DNA of 64,000 bases from a virus. Under the pieces are notes generated by a model. The model made no database searches, was not told the DNA's origin, and worked only from the letters and a program-made list of their open reading frames with translations. The stretch is from the IMG/VR virus record IMGVR_UViG_3300028800_000060, positions 64,001 to 128,000 of that record; one strand, written 5' to 3'. How positions within the stretch are numbered: position 1 is the stretch's first letter; the number at the start of each line of letters is the position of its first letter. Of this stretch, positions 20,413 through 28,043 are shown piece after piece. The position numbers were made by a program, and so were the translations under genes.

Positions 20413-20922
20413 ATGAATACAATAACCGAACATAATGGTTTAGGTTCTACGGCAATATTTTCATCTGATAAAATTTATCGTTATTTTCTTTCCAGAAAAA
20501 CTGGTATACCTGGTAATAAAAAACTCATATGGATAATGCTTAATCCTTCCACAGCGGATGCTTTTAAATTAGATCCTACGGTTATACGTTGTTTTGTTCG
20601 TAGTAAAAGGCATTCGGCCAATGAAATGATTATCTTAAACCTATTCGGGTTTAGATCTCCATATCCCAAAGACCTTTACACAATTGAAGATCCCATAGGT
20701 CCCGATAATGACGAAATAATTGCATCTTCCTTACAAGGAAATAATGTTACATTAGTTTGTGCGTGGGGCAGTCATAAACTAGTACATGAACGCAGCCTTG
20801 AGCTTTGGAGTCGTTTGGTTGATATCTCCAAATATTGTCTGGGCACAACAAAGACGGGCCAGCCAAAGCATCCGCTTCATGTAGCTTATGAAGATGATTT
20901 AATTCCCTTTGACATCTTCTAA
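20413..20922 (+). CDS. DUF1643-family protein
   Basis: YRYFLSR, IMLNPSTAD...DPTV, NLF.FRSP.P, CAWG, G.PKHPL. Confidence 0.85.
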   Translation: MNTITEHNGLGSTAIFSSDKIYRYFLSRKTGIPGNKKLIWIMLNPSTADAFKLDPTVIRCFVRSKRHSANEMIILNLFGFRSPYPKDLYTIEDPIGPDNDEIIASSLQGNNVTLVCAWGSHKLVHERSLELWSRLVDISKYCLGTTKTGQPKHPLHVAYEDDLIPFDIF

Positions 20923-20956
20923 ATAATGTTGTATACTTAAATTAAAAGAGAATATA

Positions 20957-21541
20957 ATGGTACTTATAGATTTTAGCCAGGTTATGATTAGTAATCTGTG
21001 CGTGCTTCCGATGAAACAATTGGAAGAAAAAGAAACAAACGAATTGCCGGATCTTCGTCATTCTGTTATTCCTGGAATTCCTTCAGAAAAAAAAGATGAA
21101 ATTAACGAAGATTTATTGAGACATATGGTACTCAATAGTCTCCGATTTTATAATACTAAATTCGGAATAAAATACGGCCGGTTGGTGATTTGCTGTGATA
21201 GTCGCCATTATTGGCGAAAAGATGTATTCAAATATTATAAGGCGGGAAGAAAAAAGACCAGAGATAAATCTCCTTTAAATTGGAATTTAATTTTTGAAAC
21301 TCTCAATAAACTCCAAGATGAACTTGTAGAATACTTTCCCTATCAGGTTATTAATGTTAATGGTGCTGAAGCTGATGATTTAATCGGTGTGGTGGCAAAA
21401 CGAGAAAAAAAGAATGGTCCGGTTTTGATAATATCAAACGATAAAGATTTTATCCAACTATTAGATAAAAATGTTTCTCTATATCGGAATATATCCAAAG
21501 AATTATGGATTTTTGATAACAGTCCATCCATTACAGTTTAA
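20957..21541 (+). CDS. rnh: RNase H / 5'-3' exonuclease, N-terminal fragment
   Basis: LIDFSQ, CCDS..YWRK..F..YKA.RKK, EADDLIG, IISNDKDFIQL; resemblance stops at about SLYR (21487). Confidence 0.9.
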   Translation: MVLIDFSQVMISNLCVLPMKQLEEKETNELPDLRHSVIPGIPSEKKDEINEDLLRHMVLNSLRFYNTKFGIKYGRLVICCDSRHYWRKDVFKYYKAGRKKTRDKSPLNWNLIFETLNKLQDELVEYFPYQVINVNGAEADDLIGVVAKREKKNGPVLIISNDKDFIQLLDKNVSLYRNISKELWIFDNSPSITV

Positions 21542-21710
21542 ACGTTTTTGCGTGACTTTTCTAGCTTTAGAATTTGGAGGTAGTATTGGCCCTAAATTTG
21601 CATTTTTGTAAATTGTTGGAAAAGCCAATTGGTGTGTCTCACAAAAAGAAACAAGCATGCCGCAAAATTCAAAAATATTTCCGGAAATATCTATAAGGAC
21701 AAAGATTTTG
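21503..21710 (-). pseudogene. remnant of a homing-endonuclease C-terminal DNA-binding region, antisense inside rnh
   Basis: Minus strand reads KIFVLIDISGNIFEFCGMLVSFCETHQL...RLNCNGWTVIKNP*, like the C-terminal module of Seg/Mob-type free-standing endonucleases; no catalytic domain and no convincing start. Confidence 0.6.
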
Positions 21711-21715
21711 AACAA

Positions 21716-22105
21716 ATGGACTATAAGATTGTAAAACTTACAAAGAAACAAGTACACGAAAAACTCAGAGAACATATTATGCTCGGAGACCACAGCGATG
21801 GAATACCCAATTTCAAATCTCCGGATGATGCCTTTGTTTCTGGAACTCGTCAAACATCAATCCGGAAGAGTGATTTAGAACGTTGGGTAAAAGAAACTAA
21901 ACCGGAAAATTTTTGTGATAGTACGATGCTACGAGGATACCGGAGAAATCAAAAATTGATTGATCTGGATTTTATTCCTCAAGAAATACAAAATGCTATT
22001 GTGGAAGCATGGGATAAACCTTTCAGTGAATCGCGAAAGAAATTGTGGGATTATTTTGTAAAGTATAAGTTAGCTACATTAGCGGATCATTTAGGAGAAT
22101 TCTGA
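21716..22105 (+). CDS. rnh: RNase H / 5'-3' exonuclease, C-terminal fragment
   Basis: EHIMLGDHSDGIPN..SPDD.FV...RQ, YRRNQKLIDL.FIP; same frame as the N-fragment but separated by three stops. Confidence 0.88.
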   Translation: MDYKIVKLTKKQVHEKLREHIMLGDHSDGIPNFKSPDDAFVSGTRQTSIRKSDLERWVKETKPENFCDSTMLRGYRRNQKLIDLDFIPQEIQNAIVEAWDKPFSESRKKLWDYFVKYKLATLADHLGEF

Positions 22106-22244
22106 TGTGGAGATATTTGATATCTGCTTTTAATTCAATTATGGGAACTCATATTTGTTGCCATGAATGGGGAAAATGGCATGCCACATTCCATTTTCAA
22201 CATAGATATTGTAAATTGTGTTTTTATAAACAAGAAAAAGAAAT

Positions 22245-22676
22245 ATGAAATCTGTAGGAGAATTAATGAACATAAAAATTATTCCAGAAATTCTGGATGA
22301 AGTTGCAGCTTGTACCACGGAAGAAGAAGTGAGAAAAGTTCTATTTAAGAACCAATCTCCCGCAATTAAGAAAATGTTTGAATTGGTTTTTAGACCAGAA
22401 CACACATTTACTATTAAAGAACTTCCAAAATATAAACAAGATCCTGGGCCAATAGGTTTGAGCCCAAATTCACTATACGTAGAATTACGGAGATTCTATG
22501 TACTAGAGGATACCAAAGTTATTCCAGAAAAAAAGAAATTGGAAATACTTACTCAAATTCTCGAATCTATCCATCCCACTGAGGCCGAACTTGTCGGGAA
22601 AATTATCAGAAAAGATTTGGGTATTCCACTTCTAACTAAAGAAGTAATTAATTCCGTATATCCAGGTTTGGTATAA
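22245..22676 (+). CDS. conserved T4-like hypothetical protein downstream of rnh
   Basis: LY.ELRRFY...QILESIHPTEAEL. Confidence 0.75.
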   Translation: MKSVGELMNIKIIPEILDEVAACTTEEEVRKVLFKNQSPAIKKMFELVFRPEHTFTIKELPKYKQDPGPIGLSPNSLYVELRRFYVLEDTKVIPEKKKLEILTQILESIHPTEAELVGKIIRKDLGIPLLTKEVINSVYPGLV

Positions 22677-22697
22677 ATACGTAAGGAGGAAAACTCA

Positions 22698-22766
22698 ATG
22701 CCGGCAATTTTTGTTTTTGTGTTGATTGTTGCTGTAGGTACATACTTGTACTACAAGCATACCTAA
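22698..22766 (+). CDS. 22-aa single-TM micropeptide MPAIFVFVLIVAVGTYLYYKHT
   Basis: TAAGGAGG SD at 22682-22689 and TATAAATA late promoter at 22672-22679. Confidence 0.65.
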   Translation: MPAIFVFVLIVAVGTYLYYKHT

Positions 22767-22780
22767 AATTGGATTAAATT

Positions 22781-23440
22781 ATGACTAAATGTTCCATACA
22801 CACTGAAAATAATATTTTTTACCATGATTCTCTACACGAAACTGACATATGTTTTCAGTGTGTGTGGGACTGGTTTGGTGAACATAGAGAACAAAAAGAG
22901 CACGTGGCGAAACTAACTTACATGAGTTGTGGTCCCGATGTATTCATTGATATTGGTAATTTCGAATCGGGTAAAACCTATCGAAATTATTACAAGACAA
23001 TTATAAATGTTTCCGATTCTTTTTCGGAATATGCCACACATTGGTTCCCCATAAATGAAATATCTCCTTGGACTTATGCACCATTTTATTGGTTCAAGAA
23101 AATTGCGGATAGAAAACGAAATGAATATATTTTAGTCCACTGTGCCGCTGGAATACATAGATCTTTAATGATGGCACATTGTTGGCTACTTTCTTTGGGT
23201 TATTCACAAGAACAATCGGCCGAAATTTTTAATTGCCCTAATATCATTAGGGATTATTACCACGACATTCAGACGGGAATTATACCAGAAGATCTCTTGG
23301 TATTTTATAAAATCATGAATGATCATCCTACTTGGTCTTTACCCGGGTGCTTGCGAGACTTAGGAATACCTAATCTACTCAATAATACAAGTTTGCGTAA
23401 AACTACCAAATATCAGGACTATTTAGGAAATACACTATAA
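22781..23440 (+). CDS. dual-specificity/tyrosine phosphatase family protein
   Basis: LVHCAAGIHRS (CX5R). Confidence 0.85.
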   Translation: MTKCSIHTENNIFYHDSLHETDICFQCVWDWFGEHREQKEHVAKLTYMSCGPDVFIDIGNFESGKTYRNYYKTIINVSDSFSEYATHWFPINEISPWTYAPFYWFKKIADRKRNEYILVHCAAGIHRSLMMAHCWLLSLGYSQEQSAEIFNCPNIIRDYYHDIQTGIIPEDLLVFYKIMNDHPTWSLPGCLRDLGIPNLLNNTSLRKTTKYQDYLGNTL

Positions 23441-23448
23441 ATAGTGTT

Positions 23449-23862
23449 GTGCTTCCAATTCTACAAAAAATACACGAACCCGGTGAATTTTGTCCTACCA
23501 TCAAAGATGTTAGAAAATGGCACGGAGTTTTGAATGAGGCAGTATTTGATGGAGTTGTTCCTAAATTTTATGATATTGTAATCGTAGATAAACTTCCCCG
23601 TCAATTTGCGGCCACAATGGCCTTAAAAGATAAAAAGGTACCTGATAAACGTTTTGCCCGTTTAGAAATTAATCCTAGATTTCCATCTTTCAAAAAATTT
23701 ATCATCATACTCATCCACGAAATGATACATTGTTGGCAATGGATATGCGAAAATCGGATGGATCATGGAAAGACATTCTTTCAGTGGAAAGAAAAATTAA
23801 AAGATCAGGGAATACCTTTGAGTGAAAAATATCACAGAAAATTTCTTGACATACCTGAATAG
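23449..23862 (+). CDS. SprT-like zinc metalloprotease
   Basis: LNEAVF, LIHEMIH, HGKTF. Confidence 0.85.
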   Translation: MLPILQKIHEPGEFCPTIKDVRKWHGVLNEAVFDGVVPKFYDIVIVDKLPRQFAATMALKDKKVPDKRFARLEINPRFPSFKKFIIILIHEMIHCWQWICENRMDHGKTFFQWKEKLKDQGIPLSEKYHRKFLDIPE

Positions 23863-23880
23863 CTTTGATATACTCATTAT

Positions 23881-24908
23881 ATGAAAACAGTGAATGTGAG
23901 TTTAACAGCAGAAGAGTTACGCTTTGCTATTTTTTTGTCAGATATGTGGATAGCTAACCCAAAGCAATCTCCTTTTGAGTTCCGAGAACCAACAAAGCTT
24001 TGTTCGAAGCTTTACGAAGCAGAAGCGGAAATTAACCATGGCTAACTATTATAGTTATTGTCCTGAGACATTCCCTATTGTGTTAACTACTTGTATTCAG
24101 GATGCTAAGGAACGATATCCAGAAGAAAAGGTTCAAGATGTGCGAATGTGGACACAGAAGTGGCCAGATATCTCTTGTGGGTTTTCTTCTGGTTCTGAAT
24201 TGCATATTGAAACTCTATCACCTACGGTTGTGATTAAGTTCTCTCACACACTGAGATTGGTTTACCACAATGCGGAATTAGCATATGTTTTGGATGGTGA
24301 AACTACTGTTAGATTTTATGACTCCGTACGGAGAAGGAATTTACCGGGTGCTTCAGACTCGGAAAAAGAATATCTCATCAATGGATCGGAATAAAATGAT
24401 TGCATATATATTCCCTGTTCTTCAGATTTTAATTTGCTTGGGAGCGGCCGGAATGTATTTGTATACCGGCAACATTAGGAAAACCATTTATTGGTTGGCG
24501 GCCGCTGTTATAACCGCGTCTATTACGTTTTGAGAGATTATTATGCCTTTTATTTCCGTAAGAAATTATGTTTGGTTGTCAGTTAGACCTTCTAGATTGG
24601 GAAAAATCTTCATCTTAGATGGATATGATTATTTACATTGTTCGTCAGAGTTTTTGGAAGATTTTGAAAAAACGCATGGTTGTTTCGAAAAATATTTATG
24701 TGAATTTGGAGTATGGTTATACAATAAAACGGTAAATATTACGTTTAACCCAATTGAAATTGATGAAGGAACACTTGATGAATTAAGTAATTCCAGTTTC
24801 TTTACGAAAATTTTTGTTGTTGTAGATAAAACCATTTCAAGTAATGGAAAAGAATTTTTTACTTTAATCTTCCGTCTCGGTAAAAAAGAATGGTTAAAGG
24901 TATTATAA
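23881..24908 (+). CDS. four small hypothetical ORFs (23881-24045, 24038-24394, about 24397-24533 membrane, 24543-24908)
   Basis: First ORF starts 6 nt after the -10 box of TTGACA-N17-TATACT; the rest are tightly packed. Confidence 0.55.
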
Positions 24909-24909
24909 T

Positions 24910-24986
24910 CGGGATGTAGCGCAATCTGGTAGCGCATCTGATTTGGGATCAGAGGGTCGCTGGTTCGAATCCAGCCATCCCGACCA
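24910..24986 (+). tRNA. tRNA-Pro(TGG)
   Basis: Full cloverleaf: CGGGATG/CATCCCG acceptor, TCTGA-TTTGGGA-TCAGA anticodon arm, TTCGAAT T loop, encoded CCA. Confidence 0.97.
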
Positions 24987-24991
24987 AAATT

Positions 24992-25080
24992 CTAGGTGTA
25001 GGCAAAAGTTTAAGCCGCCATCCACGGGGATGGAGAGTCATGGTGGGCTTTAGGGCAGCAACGACCATGTACCTAGAACA
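24992..25080 (+). ncRNA. aberrant tRNA-like element
   Basis: All four stems pair (CTAGGTG/TACCTAG, GGC/GCC, CCATC/GATGG, CATGG/CCATG), but the anticodon loop is 6 nt, the T loop 21 nt and the 3' end A-ACA. Confidence 0.65.
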
Positions 25081-25091
25081 AGAGAGATTTT

Positions 25092-25283
25092 ATGGCACGC
25101 AAACAAACGGTCATTAAATGTGGATGTAGAAATTGTATTTGGGGAATGCATCATTCTTCTTGGGGAAAAACCAAAATGCAAGCGACAATCCGTAGTCTTC
25201 GGCGTAGTATCAAAATTGCATTAAGAGTGGGAGATTTTGATAAGGCACAAGATGCAATCATTAGTGCCGGATATTTGGATTAA
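25092..25283 (+). CDS. small basic hypothetical protein
   Basis: ORF track; CGCRNC. Confidence 0.55.
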   Translation: MARKQTVIKCGCRNCIWGMHHSSWGKTKMQATIRSLRRSIKIALRVGDFDKAQDAIISAGYLD

Positions 25284-25284
25284 C

Positions 25285-25827
25285 ATGAGCAATATTTTTT
25301 TGACAGCCGATACCCACTTTGGGCATTGCAACATTCTGAAGTACTGTAATAGGCCTTTTAAAGATCACGAGGAAATGAATGAAGGAATTATTTCTCGATT
25401 TCTTGAAGTCTTGAGAAATGGAGATACCTTATATCATCTGGGTGATGTTTGTCACTCACATTTTCCTATAAAATCTTGGCTAGATAGAATGCCGGGAATT
25501 CAAGTTCACTTAATTTACGGTAACCATGATAAACATAAATTACTTTTACACCCTAAGATTATTTGGACGGGTGAACGCAAAGGTGTCCAAATTGGCAAAG
25601 ATCGGTTTGAATTATTTCATTATCCTATGAGGAGTTGGAACCATAAAGGACATGGTGCATATCATTGCTTTGGTCATTGTCACGGAAGACTTCCAATATA
25701 TGACCGAAGTATGGATGTTGGAGTAGATACACACAATTATTATCCTTATCATGTTGATGAAATTGTAAAGACTTTGAAAGATAACCCATTTTTTCATGAT
25801 AGTGATCATCACAATAAAGGAATATGA
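25285..25827 (+). CDS. calcineurin-like metallophosphoesterase
   Basis: ADTHFGH.NI...C.RPF, HLGD, GNHD, HYP, GHCH, DVGVD. Confidence 0.9.
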   Translation: MSNIFLTADTHFGHCNILKYCNRPFKDHEEMNEGIISRFLEVLRNGDTLYHLGDVCHSHFPIKSWLDRMPGIQVHLIYGNHDKHKLLLHPKIIWTGERKGVQIGKDRFELFHYPMRSWNHKGHGAYHCFGHCHGRLPIYDRSMDVGVDTHNYYPYHVDEIVKTLKDNPFFHDSDHHNKGI

Positions 25828-26066
25828 CAGTAAAAAAATTAGAAACGAAGAAATTGGACCCCGTAGACTACAAACACAAAGATATTCCGTTTATGTTTTT
25901 TACGGCAGGCTCTCTAGCATGCGAATTATTCCTTAATGCCGAGGAAATTATTTATAAGCTTACCAATAATGGTATTAAGAAATATTGTATTGATCCAGAA
26001 AATACTTTTTTTGATGTGATGGAAGTGGAAATCGATAAAATCTCGTGGCGTGTTAAAAGTGCATAG
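25824..26066 (+). CDS. hypothetical protein
   Basis: AAGGA SD; ATGA overlap. Confidence 0.6.
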   Translation: MTVKKLETKKLDPVDYKHKDIPFMFFTAGSLACELFLNAEEIIYKLTNNGIKKYCIDPENTFFDVMEVEIDKISWRVKSA

Positions 26067-26083
26067 TTGTTCGTAAAGGTGGA

Positions 26084-26151
26084 TGTGGCATAGCTTAAGT
26101 ATAAAGCACTACGGCATCCGGTGAAATACGGGGATGAACCATGTTATACCA
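26084..26151 (+). ncRNA. possible truncated tRNA-like element lacking an anticodon arm
   Basis: TGTGGCA/TGTTATA acceptor-like stem followed by CCA, TA-GCTT-AAGTATA-AAGC D arm, CATCCG-GTGAAATA-CGGGGATG hairpin. Confidence 0.35.
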
Positions 26152-26536
26152 AATGAAAGGTTGGTTGCCCACCAAGAATTTTAGCGGTATTATCGTATAG
26201 ATCTGTGTAGACACTTTTTCGGACCCGGGTTCGACTCCCGGCAGGTCCACCAAGATACACTAAATGGGTAACAGACTGGCCTCTTTTAATACATTCTCTA
26301 GTGGGCTGGCGAAGTGCAATGGGACCTAGAGCATTTGGTGTATCTCGGTGGGCCTGTAATGGTTTCGACGAGACTGTTGCGAGCATGGTGCGATACGTGG
26401 ACTACCCACGTTAAACAGAAGAAAACAACAAAAGACACAGAAATGTATCTAGCAATGGCTGCGTAAGCAGCATTGAGGGGTTTGGTAGTTTTCCTTTTTA
26501 CCCAAAAACTACCCCCTTCGGGGTTCCCTCCTTTTT
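26152..26536 (+). ncRNA. ssrA: circularly permuted (two-piece) tmRNA: acceptor piece about 26152-26252, intervening segment 26253-26349, coding piece 26350 to about 26536
   Basis: The 3' module GGAC-CCGGG-TTCGACT-CCCGG-CAGGTCC-ACCA precedes the 5' module GGGCCTG-TAATGGTTTCGAC; G3.U70 and A73 present; P2 helices pair across the pieces; tag ORF ...KDTEMYLAMAA-TAA (stop 26464-26466) lies in a hairpin. Confidence 0.92.
26477..26536 (+). terminator. 3' hairpins and terminator of the tmRNA coding piece
   Basis: GGTAGTTTT/AAAACTACC stem, CCCC-TTCG-GGG UUCG hairpin, GAGGG/CCCTC closing stem, T-tract. Confidence 0.6.
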
Positions 26537-26580
26537 AAATAATTCTTGCAAAATAAAAATGTCTGTGATATAATATAAGC

Positions 26581-26838
26581 ATGAATATAAATCTGTTGGT
26601 AGATGAAGCGGTATTCGAAACACTTTTCATTGACCATCCCTTATACACAATGACACCCCATTCATTTGCTCTAGAAATTGAACGAATTGTACGGGAACAA
26701 AAGATAGATTATTTGGCCGCAACAGCGCAATTATGCGAACAATATGAAATCGATTATTCCTCTATTCCCAAACTCCTTACAAAAACAATGAAAGAAAAGA
26801 TTGAAGTATCCGCACTTGAAAGAAATTATAAAATATGA
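26581..26838 (+). CDS. 33: late-transcription coactivator gp33
   Basis: F..EIE.IV....IDY..A....CE...ID...IPKL.....KEKIE..A; synteny with 59 and 32. Confidence 0.85.
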   Translation: MNINLLVDEAVFETLFIDHPLYTMTPHSFALEIERIVREQKIDYLAATAQLCEQYEIDYSSIPKLLTKTMKEKIEVSALERNYKI

Positions 26839-26966
26839 TTTATGAAATTTAAATGCAAAATTATTTTCCGTTGGTATGATTTTTGGATTGGTGCGTTCTT
26901 AGATACTCACAAACATAAATTATATATTTTCCCCATACCAATGGTTGGTATTGAAATACAATTTCC

Positions 26967-27590
26967 GTGAATGCCTTTGAAGCTTACGAAACCTATCTTT
27001 CGATAAAACAACACTTCACTCAGAAGTCTTACGACTTCCATAAGTATAATGGAAAAGTCAACACTTCAGTTTCTCGTTTTGAATCTCGTCCCGATAGAGC
27101 TTTTTTCTATAAAATTTCCAAGAAATATCCTAAAGATAAATTGATAGATTTCTTCGTTGCTAATTTTGTTGCCAATCCTTTTTCTTGGATTGGCGATATG
27201 ATGGATGATTATTCTGAGGAAGTTTATATCGACTGGAAGAAAAAAATTGAAAGTTTAACTTATTATTTTTCGGAAGAGTGCGATGCTATGTTGCATTGGG
27301 CCGAAATGAATAGTTATAAATTTAATGACCTATTTAAAATCAATGGTTCAGATCATCCGATTATTGTTAAAATGTCATTGCAACGTGTCCTTAGTTTCGA
27401 ATCTTTTATTATCCTCAATAGGATATTTTCTTTTGGACAAAATTTCGATAGAAAAATGGAAGATGTAATTTGGAAAGAATTTTGGTTTAAAATTTGCAAA
27501 TATGAAACCTTTCTAAATAATATTGATAGGAAGAAATGTAAACAAATTCTTCGAAATAAAATAGAAACGGATTATCCCCATGTTGTATGA
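26967..27590 (+). CDS. 59: helicase loader gp59
   Basis: Y.TYLSIKQHFT...YDFHKYNGK....F..R.DR.FF.K. Confidence 0.9.
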   Translation: MNAFEAYETYLSIKQHFTQKSYDFHKYNGKVNTSVSRFESRPDRAFFYKISKKYPKDKLIDFFVANFVANPFSWIGDMMDDYSEEVYIDWKKKIESLTYYFSEECDAMLHWAEMNSYKFNDLFKINGSDHPIIVKMSLQRVLSFESFIILNRIFSFGQNFDRKMEDVIWKEFWFKICKYETFLNNIDRKKCKQILRNKIETDYPHVV

Positions 27591-28043
27591 AGATTTAGTA
27601 GAGCATTATAATGCGGTATGTGAAAAATGCAGTAAGGCAATTGCACGCGCCAATGATGAAATTGCAAAAAGAGGATGCCTTGAAATCGAGTTGGCCGGCC
27701 TAAGAAATGAATTGAAAGAAGCGTATGGAGAAATATCAGAATTAAAATGCCAAATACCAAATTAGCTGTATCCAAAAATGACGATGAGATATTACAATTT
27801 ACGGTATCAAGTACAGATCCAGAATTATTTTGTAAGATCTCGGATTATATCCGAACTATAAAAGAAACCAAAGAAGTGGAGCCTAGTCCGCAATTATTAC
27901 TCGAAACCGAAAATTTTTAACTTTAGTAGCATTTGACATACCTTAAAATTTGTGATATACTAAATAGAATAGTAGTTCCTATATTATGGAGGTCCTGTGA
28001 ACAAGACAAATACAAATACAAAAAAAGAGAAAATATAAAACAT

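Noticed and set aside
21488-21715. Group I intron, stop read-through or gene 60-type hop in rnh
   Set aside because: No ordered P/Q/R/S core is visible (GATAACAGTCC is S-like but at the wrong end). There are three stops of two types, and the codon before the first stop (GTT) has no matching in-frame landing codon before the conserved region resumes.
26144-26386. 80-aa minus-strand ORF
   Set aside because: Antisense shadow of the tmRNA gene.
27933-28043. N-terminal extension of gp32 in the ORF track (also 152-241, 654-695, 41397-41519)
   Set aside because: The TTG at 27933 is the -35 box of a promoter; downstream ATGs fit homology, SD position and gene packing better.
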